This document shows, in pieces, positions 10,512 to 19,471 of a stretch of DNA of 46,444 bases. Source of the stretch: a virus (lineage: Duplodnaviria; Caudoviricetes); the IMG/VR virus record IMGVR_UViG_3300025018_000215, positions 1-46,444 of that record, one strand, 5' to 3'. A program made the translations under genes and the position numbers. The notes beneath the pieces were generated by a model. It was not told where the DNA came from and did no database searches. It saw only the letters and a program-made list of their open reading frames with translations. Position 1 is the first letter of the stretch. Each line of letters begins with the position of its first letter.

Positions 10512-10649
10512 ATGCAAAAGACTAAAAAGAACGCATTTATCATTCTGCGAGTTTCACAAGCACTCAAAGATAAGATAACTGCAAAGGCTCAGGAAAATGA
10601 GCAGACAATCTCTGTGGTAGCACGGGACATTCTAGACAATAATCTATAA
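10512..10649 (+). CDS. Ribbon-helix-helix (Arc/CopG-like) DNA-binding protein, 45 aa, below the ORF-track cutoff
   Basis: MQKTKKNAFIILRVSQALKDKITAKAQENEQTISVVARDILDNNL fits the RHH pattern; follows a promoter; TAATG-coupled to the next gene. Confidence 0.75.
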   Translation: MQKTKKNAFIILRVSQALKDKITAKAQENEQTISVVARDILDNNL

Positions 10650-11029
10650 TGAAAAAGAAGAAGGATAAAAACTCTATAAGCTCACTCAAGAAAGAGCTAG
10701 ATAGGGTCTTTTCTATTTTTATACGTAAACGAGATAAAGGCGTTTGTTTTACTTGTGGAACGAGGAAGCCTTGGAAGTACATGCAGAACGGGCACTTTGT
10801 TTCGCGACAATATCTATCTATACGGTGGGATGAAACTAACTGTAACTGCCAATGTGCCGGATGTAATGTGTTTAAGCATGGAAATATGGTTGAGTATTCG
10901 CTTCGCATGATTGAGAAGTATGGCCTCGAGTATATTGAGGAACTAAATAAAAAAAAGAATCAAATAACCAAGCTTGATAAGGCTTGGTACTTGACTCAGA
11001 TTGAACACTACAAGAAGTTGATTGACTAG
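10649..11029 (+). CDS. ninG: NinG/Rap-like recombination endonuclease
   Basis: FSIFIRKRD, CFTCG, GHFVSR, RWDETNCNCQCAGCN motifs. Confidence 0.88.
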   Translation: MKKKKDKNSISSLKKELDRVFSIFIRKRDKGVCFTCGTRKPWKYMQNGHFVSRQYLSIRWDETNCNCQCAGCNVFKHGNMVEYSLRMIEKYGLEYIEELNKKKNQITKLDKAWYLTQIEHYKKLID

Positions 11030-11358
11030 CTCTTTGACTGGTCACTATTCTCGTATCGGTGTTTAACCTTCAATATTGTGGCATAGTTTGCCAGATCAGA
11101 AAGCGTGTCATAAATTGACTCGTCTTTTACTTGTGCTGGACGACTTAGCAAGTTAGAGATTCGCATCATCTTGTCGGTCATTCTAACAAGAATAGCAATG
11201 TCAGAATCAATTCCAAGCATCTCACATGCTCTAAAGTTAGCAAAAGCATCATCGCTATTTGCGTAGTCACTATTTTTTGCTTCAGATATTGCAACATTTT
11301 GGTCATAACTTTCTTTGAGTTCTTTTATAAACTGCACTTGTGGCATTTTTTTTGTCAT
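11026..11358 (-). CDS. Nucleotide-modification-associated domain 1 (Nmad1/DUF1599-like) protein
   Basis: KNSDYA...ANF...VRMTDKMMR...DESIYDTLSDLANYA pattern. Confidence 0.7.
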   Translation of the reverse strand: MTKKMPQVQFIKELKESYDQNVAISEAKNSDYANSDDAFANFRACEMLGIDSDIAILVRMTDKMMRISNLLSRPAQVKDESIYDTLSDLANYATILKVKHRYENSDQSKS

Positions 11359-11365
11359 AGTTTTA

Positions 11366-11536
11366 TTATTTATCTTTTTCATTCCAATAAAATGTATCTA
11401 TTTGATACCCTTTTGTCTCAAAATTAATCTTCTCAGCACCGGACCAGTTCCTCAACGCTTGCCAGAATCTTTGGTCTGGATTCGCAACTAGGTACTCAAG
11501 AAAGTCTGCCAGTAGTTTTTTATTTTTCTTGTTCAT
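11366..11536 (-). CDS. Hypothetical protein
   Basis: Packed in the leftward operon; likely start MNKKNKK. Confidence 0.6.
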   Translation of the reverse strand: MNKKNKKLLADFLEYLVANPDQRFWQALRNWSGAEKINFETKGYQIDTFYWNEKDK

Positions 11537-11543
11537 AGTGGTT

Positions 11544-12383
11544 TTAGAATAGCCCATAATCAACCTGCAAACATTTGATACCTTGAGCACGCCACATATC
11601 TACTACTTGCTGTCGGTCATCTATTGCAAATAGTACGTTGTAGAACTTCTTGACTCCTTTCTCGTATAGTTCTTTCTTTACAATATAATCTTTTCGAACA
11701 TCATCCTTTGCCCGCATCAACAACATATCATAATTTATACCGTGCTTTTCGAGCCATTCCTCGGTAGCCTCACGAGCCTCACTTGAACGCCCCGACATGA
11801 TTACCACATCGATATGTTCTGGAATCATCTCGTACAGGTCCTTTATGTCTTGATCTAGCGTATCAGTTGATACCTTTTCAATATCATAAGGGCTTCGTCC
11901 ACTCATGTGAGCCAGTGTTCCGTCGATGTCAATGATTACACAGTAAGGTTTATCCTCGTCGATAACCTGCTTACTGCACAGATATTGCTTGTACATATCA
12001 TAGATAACCTTTCGTCCTACTGAGTTAGGTCTTTTTTCATCTCGATCAATACAGATATGAGGAGGAACGTCTGAGAAGTCTTTGATTTCAAACTCTACAT
12101 TATTGAAGTCAGCAATCATCTCGAGTGTTGACTGGTGTTCTTTGTGGAAGTTTGTATCGTCGACAATAACTGATAATCCACTTCTTAGGAATACTGCAAT
12201 CATACCATTACGAGCCTCAATTATAGCCTTCTCCTTATCACGCGTCCATTTACCGTCTATCATTGCCCGCAAGTCATCTTTGTTTATCCTCTTTATGGTT
12301 CCTTTTGACTTTGCTACTTCCTCTTTTGCCCATGTTGACTTACCGGAACCAGGTAGTCCACGAGTCATTATGAGTTTTTGCAT
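11544..12383 (-). CDS. pseT: Polynucleotide 5'-kinase/3'-phosphatase (T4 PseT-like)
   Basis: P-loop GLPGSGKST, INKDDLR, DDTN; HAD domain DIDGT, SGR, K, IDDR. Confidence 0.93.
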   Translation of the reverse strand: MQKLIMTRGLPGSGKSTWAKEEVAKSKGTIKRINKDDLRAMIDGKWTRDKEKAIIEARNGMIAVFLRSGLSVIVDDTNFHKEHQSTLEMIADFNNVEFEIKDFSDVPPHICIDRDEKRPNSVGRKVIYDMYKQYLCSKQVIDEDKPYCVIIDIDGTLAHMSGRSPYDIEKVSTDTLDQDIKDLYEMIPEHIDVVIMSGRSSEAREATEEWLEKHGINYDMLLMRAKDDVRKDYIVKKELYEKGVKKFYNVLFAIDDRQQVVDMWRAQGIKCLQVDYGLF

Positions 12384-12384
12384 A

Positions 12385-12576
12385 TTACTGTTTGTTAAAT
12401 ATAACTTTACATTGCTCAACACTTTTTGTTTGTTCAAAACAGTTAAAATGTTGTTCTTTAATTTTAGAATTGTAGTCCATTTGGTTTAGTGATAGCACAA
12501 TCGCACATACCATAACACCTACTATTAAACCAATTACAAACAAAAGAATCTCACCAGCACTGTTATCTTTATCCAT
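12385..12576 (-). CDS. Small membrane protein
   Basis: One long hydrophobic helix. Confidence 0.6.
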   Translation of the reverse strand: MDKDNSAGEILLFVIGLIVGVMVCAIVLSLNQMDYNSKIKEQHFNCFEQTKSVEQCKVIFNKQ

Positions 12577-12577
12577 A

Positions 12578-12832
12578 TTATTGTATCATTGATGTGTAAG
12601 CTTTTTTTAGACCATCAGCAGTAACAAACAAAGCTTTCTCTGTTTTACTTTCATATACTCGCTCAAACCAGTCTGGTTGACTTTCAATAATGCTACTTGA
12701 TATATACTCATTTTCTATATTAACTGTATTCCAAACATCCTCAACCGCAACATAACCACTTCCTTCTTGGTGAAGTATTGCACCCTTCTCCCATATAAAT
12801 GTATCTTTTTTAACTCTGTAATATTTTTTCAT
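12578..12832 (-). CDS. Hypothetical protein
   Basis: 84-aa ORF in a tightly packed operon. Confidence 0.65.
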   Translation of the reverse strand: MKKYYRVKKDTFIWEKGAILHQEGSGYVAVEDVWNTVNIENEYISSSIIESQPDWFERVYESKTEKALFVTADGLKKAYTSMIQ

Positions 12833-12835
12833 AGA

Positions 12836-13750
12836 TTAATTCATTTTATCAGCAACACTAATGTCGCCAGTTAATAAGTCTTTGTATATTTGAGTTGCTT
12901 TTCTAACACACAGGTTTTTCAACGCTTTAAAGTTTAAACTCTCGACTTTGCCCGCAATTTCCCCAGCCTCTTCAGTAATCAAGTCATGATAAGCTGTATT
13001 GGTAATTCGAGGAATATGCTTTAGATCGAGTTGCTCTTCAATCTCAGGCTGTAACTTGTGCATAATCTTTTCAATACGAGCTAGTGTCATATACTTATTC
13101 ACAACATACATCTCCCAGTAGGTATCTGAATGTTTATTATTACCGCCAAAAGTTATCCCGTTATCTTCCTTAAACTCTTGCGTAACAATCTTTGCATAGT
13201 TATGATTACCGAACTTGTCTCGAAAGTCCATATTCTTGATCACAACCCCCTCTCCTTTTTCTCCCAGTACAGATTTGCCAGCAAACTCATTGAGCTGTTC
13301 TGCTGTAGGGTTCTCAAAGGTTCCAAAGTAATGAGGTGTCTTAATACCGTACTCAAGTCCAATCAACCGTACAGCCTCTTGTGTAGCAAACTCCTCAACT
13401 TCCTCTCCATCCTTCATTTTGGTAATGTCAAACATATAGAACTGTTTGTAGGATGTTTCGTTGTAACCTATAGAATGTCGGACTAACCACTCCCCGTACA
13501 AGCGAAACTCGGGAAACTCTTTGAGCAACTTATTGATTGCTTCATTCTCTTTTACATAGTCAACAAACCCATTGAATCCCTCGGTGAGTTCCCTATTACG
13601 AGATCCACAAGTGATTTCTCCGCGTTTGTCGAGCCAGATTGACGTATTAGCACCATCAATCTTTTCCTGCACATCACAGGTACCTATTAGAATACCGTCA
13701 GTTTCCTCTTTGCCGAGGCGATGAATTTTAGGGTATCTTTTAAAAGTCAT
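12836..13750 (-). CDS. ATP-dependent RNA ligase (Rnl2-like)
   Basis: Motif I EKIDGAN, SRN, LYGEW, FYMFD, GEGVVIK, AKIV; near Pnk. Confidence 0.87.
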   Translation of the reverse strand: MTFKRYPKIHRLGKEETDGILIGTCDVQEKIDGANTSIWLDKRGEITCGSRNRELTEGFNGFVDYVKENEAINKLLKEFPEFRLYGEWLVRHSIGYNETSYKQFYMFDITKMKDGEEVEEFATQEAVRLIGLEYGIKTPHYFGTFENPTAEQLNEFAGKSVLGEKGEGVVIKNMDFRDKFGNHNYAKIVTQEFKEDNGITFGGNNKHSDTYWEMYVVNKYMTLARIEKIMHKLQPEIEEQLDLKHIPRITNTAYHDLITEEAGEIAGKVESLNFKALKNLCVRKATQIYKDLLTGDISVADKMN

Positions 13751-13751
13751 A

Positions 13752-13979
13752 TTAAGATATTTTAACTTCTTTTAATGCAACCACCGTACCTACTTCCCAC
13801 TTTCGAACAATCTCATATATCGCCCAACCACCTTCAACACCAGCATCTTCAACGATTTTTTTAGCTTTTTCGAGGTCTTTCTCTGGATCTCCATAAGGAT
13901 TACCTTCATCGTCGATAATTAGAAACATGCTTTTGACCTCAACCTTTCCTACTTTTTTTGATTGATCTTTTTCAGCCAT
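13752..13979 (-). CDS. Hypothetical protein
   Basis: 75-aa ORF in operon. Confidence 0.6.
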   Translation of the reverse strand: MAEKDQSKKVGKVEVKSMFLIIDDEGNPYGDPEKDLEKAKKIVEDAGVEGGWAIYEIVRKWEVGTVVALKEVKIS

Positions 13980-13996
13980 AGTTGTTTAATTATTTA

Positions 13997-14776
13997 TTAT
14001 TTAACTTCACCGTTTTTAAATCTGATAGCATTTCCCGAAGACCACGCACCACAATCTTGACAATGATACCGCTGCTTCTTTGACTTTCGGTTGACCAACC
14101 ATCCTCGTTTCTGTAACTTATCTGAATTACAGTTCTTACAGGTTTCTCTTTCTCCAATATCCGGATGAGTAGCCATCCAAGGAAGCAACTTTAGATATAC
14201 CTGCTCAAGCAACACAACGTCCTGCTTGTTGTACTTAATCATTAGTTTCCACGCTTTTGAATCGCCCGCAAGACAATCTTCCCACAACTGAAACCCACCG
14301 GTCTCCACTTTCTGACCCAAATTAAGGTACTCACCAATATCATTGAGTCTGTTTGAGTTACATTTGAAGTATTTACGAGCCTGTTTCAATGTATCAACTG
14401 TCTTATAAGGTGAAGGTGGAGTAAATCCAGCTTTCAAGAAGAATGTATTTGACTTTTTAACATCAAACGCATCTCCATTGTGCCCAATTATCACATCTGC
14501 CTCATCAAATAGCTCCCATAATTTGCGGGCAACTTCCGTGTCGTCCTTCTTGTTCTTTGAATAGAGCTTAAAGTCAGGCAATCCAACCGCATGAGTAGTC
14601 TTTTCGCCGAGCCATTTGTAGGCAAAACAGAGCATATAGTGCTGTTCGACAAACTTAATGACATTCTGCTCATACTTACCCCACGTGTAACCAATATTCG
14701 GTGCTGTTTCAATGTCAAACAACAGGACTTTTTTAGCTGTCTTTACTTTTTTATTTGTTTTTGTTTTCTTCATCAA
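13997..14776 (-). CDS. DEDD/RNase H-fold 3'-5' exonuclease (YprB/RNase_H_2-like) with C-terminal Zn ribbon
   Basis: FDIET, GHNGDAFD, YNKQDV; CKNC...CQDC. Confidence 0.85.
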   Translation of the reverse strand: MMKKTKTNKKVKTAKKVLLFDIETAPNIGYTWGKYEQNVIKFVEQHYMLCFAYKWLGEKTTHAVGLPDFKLYSKNKKDDTEVARKLWELFDEADVIIGHNGDAFDVKKSNTFFLKAGFTPPSPYKTVDTLKQARKYFKCNSNRLNDIGEYLNLGQKVETGGFQLWEDCLAGDSKAWKLMIKYNKQDVVLLEQVYLKLLPWMATHPDIGERETCKNCNSDKLQKRGWLVNRKSKKQRYHCQDCGAWSSGNAIRFKNGEVK

Positions 14777-15146
14777 TGATTTTGTTTACAACTTCGTTCA
14801 AGAAGTGATCATCCTTCATAATAAGCCATGTAACGTATGCAAGGACACCATCGTCTGTTGCAACTTTATCCTTGAGAAAGCCAGCCTTTGTGAGTGACTT
14901 CTCTAGTTCTGATGTAAATAAATCTTTAAATTTTTGAATCATATCTTTATTGTTAGTTTTATTAATAGTTGATTTAAACACTTGGCGACCTGTATCGTAA
15001 TGCTTTAAATTTCGGGGGTACACATAACATGTATACGAACAGCCTTCCTATTGAACACCAACAGTATCTCCCTCAACCGCACTCACAATTCTTCCAATTA
15101 CATTACTATCTTTATGCCACTGGACCTTATCCCCTATTTCAAACAT
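14751..15146 (-). pseudogene. ORF interrupted by an in-frame TAG at 15048-15050 (pseudogene, readthrough or sequence error)
   Basis: MFEIGDKVQW...VGVQ*EGCSYTCYVYPRNL... is in one frame from ATG 15146 to the stop at 14751. Confidence 0.6.
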
Positions 15147-15159
15147 AATATTTTAATAA

Positions 15160-15372
15160 TTAATCAATTACTGGTAATCCCCGCAAAAACCTTTCTACAT
15201 CGCCCAAAAATGCTCCATTAGCAATACAAGTCTGCCCATACATACACTCATGGAACTTAGTGAGCATCTCTTCTGACATAACTTCCTCTATATTCTGCCA
15301 GGGAACATAAAGGAATCCATCGTCCTTTTTAACTTCAAAATCATGTATTGTTAAGTTTGTTTTCTTTGACAT
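15160..15372 (-). CDS. Hypothetical protein
   Basis: 70 aa; first ORF after the tRNA-like RNA. Confidence 0.65.
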   Translation of the reverse strand: MSKKTNLTIHDFEVKKDDGFLYVPWQNIEEVMSEEMLTKFHECMYGQTCIANGAFLGDVERFLRGLPVID

Positions 15373-15417
15373 GATGTTTTATTATTTATAAATTTTTCTT
15401 TGTTGTACTCTGGATAC

Positions 15418-15598
15418 TGGATATATAAGGCAAGGATTTGACGAGGTTTACCCGATTTGAACGGTCTACACAGACGTTCCCGAAGGACGACCCCTGCTGC
15501 TGTCCTTGCTACTCGTATAGTCACCTTGCATAGCACTCCGTTTGGTTGTGCCTAGCTTGCATGTTTAGCGTCTACCTATTCCGCCACTTATATATCCA
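15418..15598 (-). ncRNA. tRNA-like structured RNA with an 81-nt insert in the T-loop
   Basis: 12-bp closing stem, Leu-type D-arm GCG-GAATAGGTAGA-CGC, T-stem GCAAGG/CCTTGC, 3' CCA; no canonical anticodon arm. Confidence 0.75.
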
Positions 15599-15628
15599 AT
15601 TTTCAAAGTACAACTTCATCTGTATTAC

Positions 15629-15683
15629 ATTATAGCATATCATTTACAGATTGCAAGCAACAAAAAACACAAACTGTGGATAA
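15629..15683 (-). promoter_or_regulatory. Promoter with upstream DnaA box
   Basis: Minus strand TTATCCACA ... TTGCAA-16 bp-TATAAT (TGC-TATAAT). Confidence 0.7.
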
Positions 15684-15700
15684 GTCTGTGTTTCTTTCAT

Positions 15701-16132
15701 CTATTTAACTGCCAGTATTTTACTCCAACAGTAGGCACTGGATTTCCAATGCTTCGTCCCATCTCGCCGGTAAAGATACAAACCATACTCGAGGCTATCT
15801 TTAGGATCTCGTATATCAAGTCCCATCCGATTCATCTCCTCCTCATGGTAATAATCATTCACTTGCATCAGCCCATAATCTCGTGACCAAACCTCTCCTG
15901 TTTCCTTTGAGATGTTTTTCCCAATAGCGTTAGGGTTATTTGTTGATTCACATTTGATTATCGCCTGTACTACAGGGTCCAGGACGGTCAAATCTGGGCT
16001 AAAATTGACTTCTAAGGCACTTTCTGCGGGTTCTGGTACCATTGGTACCTCTTTCGTGTATTCTACCGTTGTGGTGGCAAAAACGAAAGGAATTAACATC
16101 ATTGTAATATAACTTATGTATTGTATAAACAA
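15701..16132 (-). CDS. Lytic transglycosylase (SLT/lysozyme-like) with N-terminal hydrophobic segment
   Basis: IIKCES...N, DYGLMQVN, GTKHW motifs; start may be ATG 16102. Confidence 0.85.
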   Translation of the reverse strand: MFIQYISYITMMLIPFVFATTTVEYTKEVPMVPEPAESALEVNFSPDLTVLDPVVQAIIKCESTNNPNAIGKNISKETGEVWSRDYGLMQVNDYYHEEEMNRMGLDIRDPKDSLEYGLYLYRRDGTKHWKSSAYCWSKILAVK

Positions 16133-16196
16133 GTTTTATATAGTAATTCTATCGTGGTGGTATTCACTCGTCCTACAGACAAGTATATCATATAAC

Positions 16197-16238
16197 AAAA
16201 AACCAGTAAAGGGAGTTATCCACAGTACTGGTTTTTTT
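16197..16238 (-). terminator. Terminator-like hairpin with a DnaA box in the loop
   Basis: AAAAAACCAGTA/TACTGGTTTTTT stem; loop contains TTATCCACA. Confidence 0.6.
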
Positions 16239-16240
16239 CT

Positions 16241-16438
16241 TTACTTACCTAGGTAATCCTCTTCAGGGTTTCCTTTGTTAGCAAAGTAGAATGATGCTGC
16301 ACCTACCGCGAGAACCATGAAGTCCTCATTTTTCATCTCTGCCTTCCCTGTGAATACAGACCATGAGAATGTTATTGCTGCTGTAGCAATCAAAGCCAGA
16401 AATGCTAGTTTTGATGCTGATTTTAATATGTTTTGCAT
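16241..16438 (-). CDS. Two-TM membrane protein (holin-like)
   Basis: Two hydrophobic helices; next to the transglycosylase. Confidence 0.55.
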   Translation of the reverse strand: MQNILKSASKLAFLALIATAAITFSWSVFTGKAEMKNEDFMVLAVGAASFYFANKGNPEEDYLGK

Positions 16439-16453
16439 TTTTTTACTTATTAA

Positions 16454-17395
16454 CTATTTAACAATTTCTAATACTTCCAACTTATGATGCACCCACTTGT
16501 CCTCATAAATAAACACGTCAAGTCCTTCCACTGTCCATCCCGACTTTGCCAGTAAGTCAGCATAGAAGCTCATTTGGATCTGGTATTTAGATACTTTATT
16601 TGCGGGCAATTCATCATAAGGTTTCTTCAGCTTGTTCTTTGATGAGATTTCATCTGCCTCCACATTGATTTTGTAGTCCTGTATTCGGCAAATCTTTTTC
16701 TTTTCATCAAGAATCATCAATCTGTCAGCATGTCCACAACGCAATGTCTCAATATCGGTCAAGAATACCTCATTAACGAGCCGTCCTTCCTTTGGATCAT
16801 ACATTTTCTCGAAGTCCTCAATCAAAGAACGAAGGAATGGATGTTTAGGAAGTGCTGGATTTTCTTCTTTGCTCGAGTTCTTTACAATTTCATCCCCAAT
16901 CTCTTTGAAGTTAAAGTAATGCTCGAGGGTTTCATGCACTGCTGTACCGAAGTTAGCAGTTACATTACGGTTTCCATCCCACATATCGAGGATATGATGC
17001 TTAGGAACTCCCCAAGACTTCTCACATTTGCCCGCAATTGCATCTGAAGCAAACTCTGAGCCAAACTTCTTCGTATACCCAGAAGCAGAAACAAGCTGTT
17101 TACCTTCATAAGTATAGATGTGACGGGCAACATCGAAGTCAACTGATACCGGCTCATTGAATGAGGTTAGCTTTTTAGTTTCAACAAGAGAGTTAACCAC
17201 CTCAGCCACTTCTCGCTTGCTTAGCTTAATATCTGAGTAGGAGTTAAATAACTGACTCACATGGTCCATCGCTATTATGTGAGCATCCTCAATAGACGTA
17301 TCATCTATCTCAATAGACGGCTGAATGTTTGCATACTGACCAACAGGAATTGTTGCCGTCAATTTGTAGTTAGTTTTGCTTGTTTTACTTTTCAT
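16454..17395 (-). CDS. PD-(D/E)XK exonuclease (RecB/Cas4-like)
   Basis: GTAVHETLE, E...GHADRL...DYK, YQIQMSFY. Confidence 0.85.
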   Translation of the reverse strand: MKSKTSKTNYKLTATIPVGQYANIQPSIEIDDTSIEDAHIIAMDHVSQLFNSYSDIKLSKREVAEVVNSLVETKKLTSFNEPVSVDFDVARHIYTYEGKQLVSASGYTKKFGSEFASDAIAGKCEKSWGVPKHHILDMWDGNRNVTANFGTAVHETLEHYFNFKEIGDEIVKNSSKEENPALPKHPFLRSLIEDFEKMYDPKEGRLVNEVFLTDIETLRCGHADRLMILDEKKKICRIQDYKINVEADEISSKNKLKKPYDELPANKVSKYQIQMSFYADLLAKSGWTVEGLDVFIYEDKWVHHKLEVLEIVK

Positions 17396-17402
17396 TATTG
17401 TT

Positions 17403-17930
17403 TTATGTTTCTATATCTAGTTTGCTAATGATTTTCTCAATAGTATGACTTTCAATTCCGTGTACTTTAGTCATTGTGCCCGTCTCAACACATCTTTTCA
17501 TAACTAAGTAGGTGTATGTTCTGTTTCCGTCAGTAGTCTCGTCGTGAAACTTTTCCTTGAAGTCTTTGGGCGATAGGTTTTCTGCATCTGCTACAAGCTC
17601 TACAATTTTGCCCGAGTCAGTTATATTGTTGCGGGCGATATGGTCGAGAGCGTTGACGGGGCAATCTATCACAGACTCTATGAGGTCAAGATCACTGAAA
17701 TGTTTGTAGATTCGGATGAGTTTATCGGCCCTATAGCGGGATATGTTAACTTCGGGCTGTGAAAGATATTCTGACCATGTGGTAATTCCTGATTGTTCGC
17801 TGTCCCCGAAAGCTTCCATCCAATTATCATCCTCTTTAAGTAGATACAAATTACGGGCCAGTTCGAGGTCAGTCATTCGAGAACGTCGGATATTATCTAC
17901 CAGTTCGGTATGTAATTTGTAGTTCTCCAT
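17403..17930 (-). CDS. Hypothetical protein, possibly HTH
   Basis: 175 aa, helical. Confidence 0.6.
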   Translation of the reverse strand: MENYKLHTELVDNIRRSRMTDLELARNLYLLKEDDNWMEAFGDSEQSGITTWSEYLSQPEVNISRYRADKLIRIYKHFSDLDLIESVIDCPVNALDHIARNNITDSGKIVELVADAENLSPKDFKEKFHDETTDGNRTYTYLVMKRCVETGTMTKVHGIESHTIEKIISKLDIET

Positions 17931-17931
17931 G

Positions 17932-18249
17932 TTAGTTAAAATAAAAGAATCGCCACACAGCTTTCCAGAAACCTCTCTCTTTAAGTTTGTTAACGCTATT
18001 ATATAATGAATTAGTTAGTCGTCCTGTTGAATTTATCTGTCTTGAAAGAACTGCAATTGCTTCATTGTAAGCAATAAGCCTTGACTCTCTAATTGTTCCA
18101 CCATCCCTCATAAGGTAAACAGTTTCTTTACTATAAGAATCTTCTTCAACCTTAACTACCTCTTTTTCTTGACTCAAATCATAGATATCCTGAACGAAAT
18201 CCCCAATCTTAAACTTTGCTTTTGTCTTCTTTGCTTTTGTTTTTGCCAT
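17932..18249 (-). CDS. Hypothetical protein (FKIGD-type SH3-like start)
   Basis: 105-aa ORF in operon. Confidence 0.6.
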   Translation of the reverse strand: MAKTKAKKTKAKFKIGDFVQDIYDLSQEKEVVKVEEDSYSKETVYLMRDGGTIRESRLIAYNEAIAVLSRQINSTGRLTNSLYNSVNKLKERGFWKAVWRFFYFN

Positions 18250-18260
18250 ATTATTGTTTA

Positions 18261-18974
18261 TTAATTAATTAAACCTTTAAAGTCTCCAAAATCTTCCTCA
18301 TCATTTGCTTTTTCGTCTACAGAATCAGCAACTACTTCATCGCTCGATTTTGTCTTGTAATAAGTGTCTACATTTTTAAGCTGCTCAACAACATAGTCCA
18401 TCTTCTCTTCTACTACATCGAGGTCTTTTACTTCTGATCCAATTTTATATTCAACCATGTAGTAAGAACTCATATCTCCCTCAACTTCATCTGACAACGA
18501 TAGAGCTAGATCGTATGCAAATGTATGCTTACCTTCACTTCGAAACTCTTTTAGAATAGCATAGTAACCTTTAAGAGAAGTACCTTTGAGTTCAACTCGT
18601 ACAATATCTCCATCAAATAACGCGTATGCAACCTCTATAGATTTCAACAAAGGATATTTTTCTCGCAAATCAGGAGCCTTACCAGATTCCACATGAGTGA
18701 TTGTACCATCGACTTTTTGGAACAAGCTAACCACATCATTATTACCATCATACTCACTTGTCCACATTGACTTCTTCTTACTAAACATAGAAAGAACCTT
18801 CTTCTGTTTTAGGATTACGATATTGAATGGAGATTTTATCTCTTCTTCAGTTCCTTTAGCAAAATCTTTAAATAAGAACTTTCCTTTTGTTGCGTGCAAT
18901 TTAATAAGTGGTACCTGAAACTTTGGAGCTGCAGCAGTTCCCGCCTTTGATGCCATTCGTTCAATTTGATTCAT
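18261..18974 (-). CDS. Putative single-stranded DNA-binding/annealing protein
   Basis: 237 aa, beta-rich, acidic aromatic tail (DEEDFGDF); own promoter; upstream of the exonuclease. Confidence 0.45.
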   Translation of the reverse strand: MNQIERMASKAGTAAAPKFQVPLIKLHATKGKFLFKDFAKGTEEEIKSPFNIVILKQKKVLSMFSKKKSMWTSEYDGNNDVVSLFQKVDGTITHVESGKAPDLREKYPLLKSIEVAYALFDGDIVRVELKGTSLKGYYAILKEFRSEGKHTFAYDLALSLSDEVEGDMSSYYMVEYKIGSEVKDLDVVEEKMDYVVEQLKNVDTYYKTKSSDEVVADSVDEKANDEEDFGDFKGLIN

Positions 18975-19013
18975 TGTTATTATTACTTAATTTTATTAAC
19001 TCTATACCTGCAT

Positions 19014-19059
19014 ATTGTATCACGTTTATTATGGTAACGCAAGTACAAAATGTGGATAA
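19014..19059 (-). promoter_or_regulatory. Promoter with upstream DnaA box
   Basis: Minus strand TTATCCACA ... TTGCGT-17 bp-TACAAT. Confidence 0.7.
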
Positions 19060-19063
19060 CTAT

Positions 19064-19471
19064 CTACTTTCCTAAGCGGATATACTCCTTAGTTATATAT
19101 CCCATAAGGTATGTAAATATCTCCTCCGATTCAGATGAATATTCGATACCTGTTGCCTCACACAAGTGGAATACTCCGTGCAGTATTTCATGACTTGCCA
19201 ACCATAAAGGAGCTTTACGGGGCAACCATATTGTTGATGAAGAATACCCTGTATGAAGGTAAATCTTTGCCTCACACGAATCGAGCGGGTTTTTCTCAAC
19301 CGCATCTCCCAAATGCTTTAACTTCTCTTTTGCGTAGCTTTCAAACTTTTCCTTTGAACATATTACTATCTCCATATAAGTTTCAAATACATCAATAACA
19401 ATTGTTAAATGAGTTATCCTATCGCTATCTTTTATTTTTTTTATTTTTTTTACTTTTTTCTTTTTAGGCAT
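19064..19471 (-). CDS. HExxH zinc-metalloprotease-like protein
   Basis: ASHEILHGV...EE. Confidence 0.65.
   Translation of the reverse strand: MPKKKKVKKIKKIKDSDRITHLTIVIDVFETYMEIVICSKEKFESYAKEKLKHLGDAVEKNPLDSCEAKIYLHTGYSSSTIWLPRKAPLWLASHEILHGVFHLCEATGIEYSSESEEIFTYLMGYITKEYIRLGK

Noticed and set aside
15351-15536. 61-aa ORF over the tRNA-like RNA
   Set aside because: Overlaps a strongly structured RNA and has no recognisable protein features
16454-17395. cas4 gene
   Set aside because: No four-Cys Fe-S pattern and no CRISPR context; generic PD-(D/E)XK exonuclease
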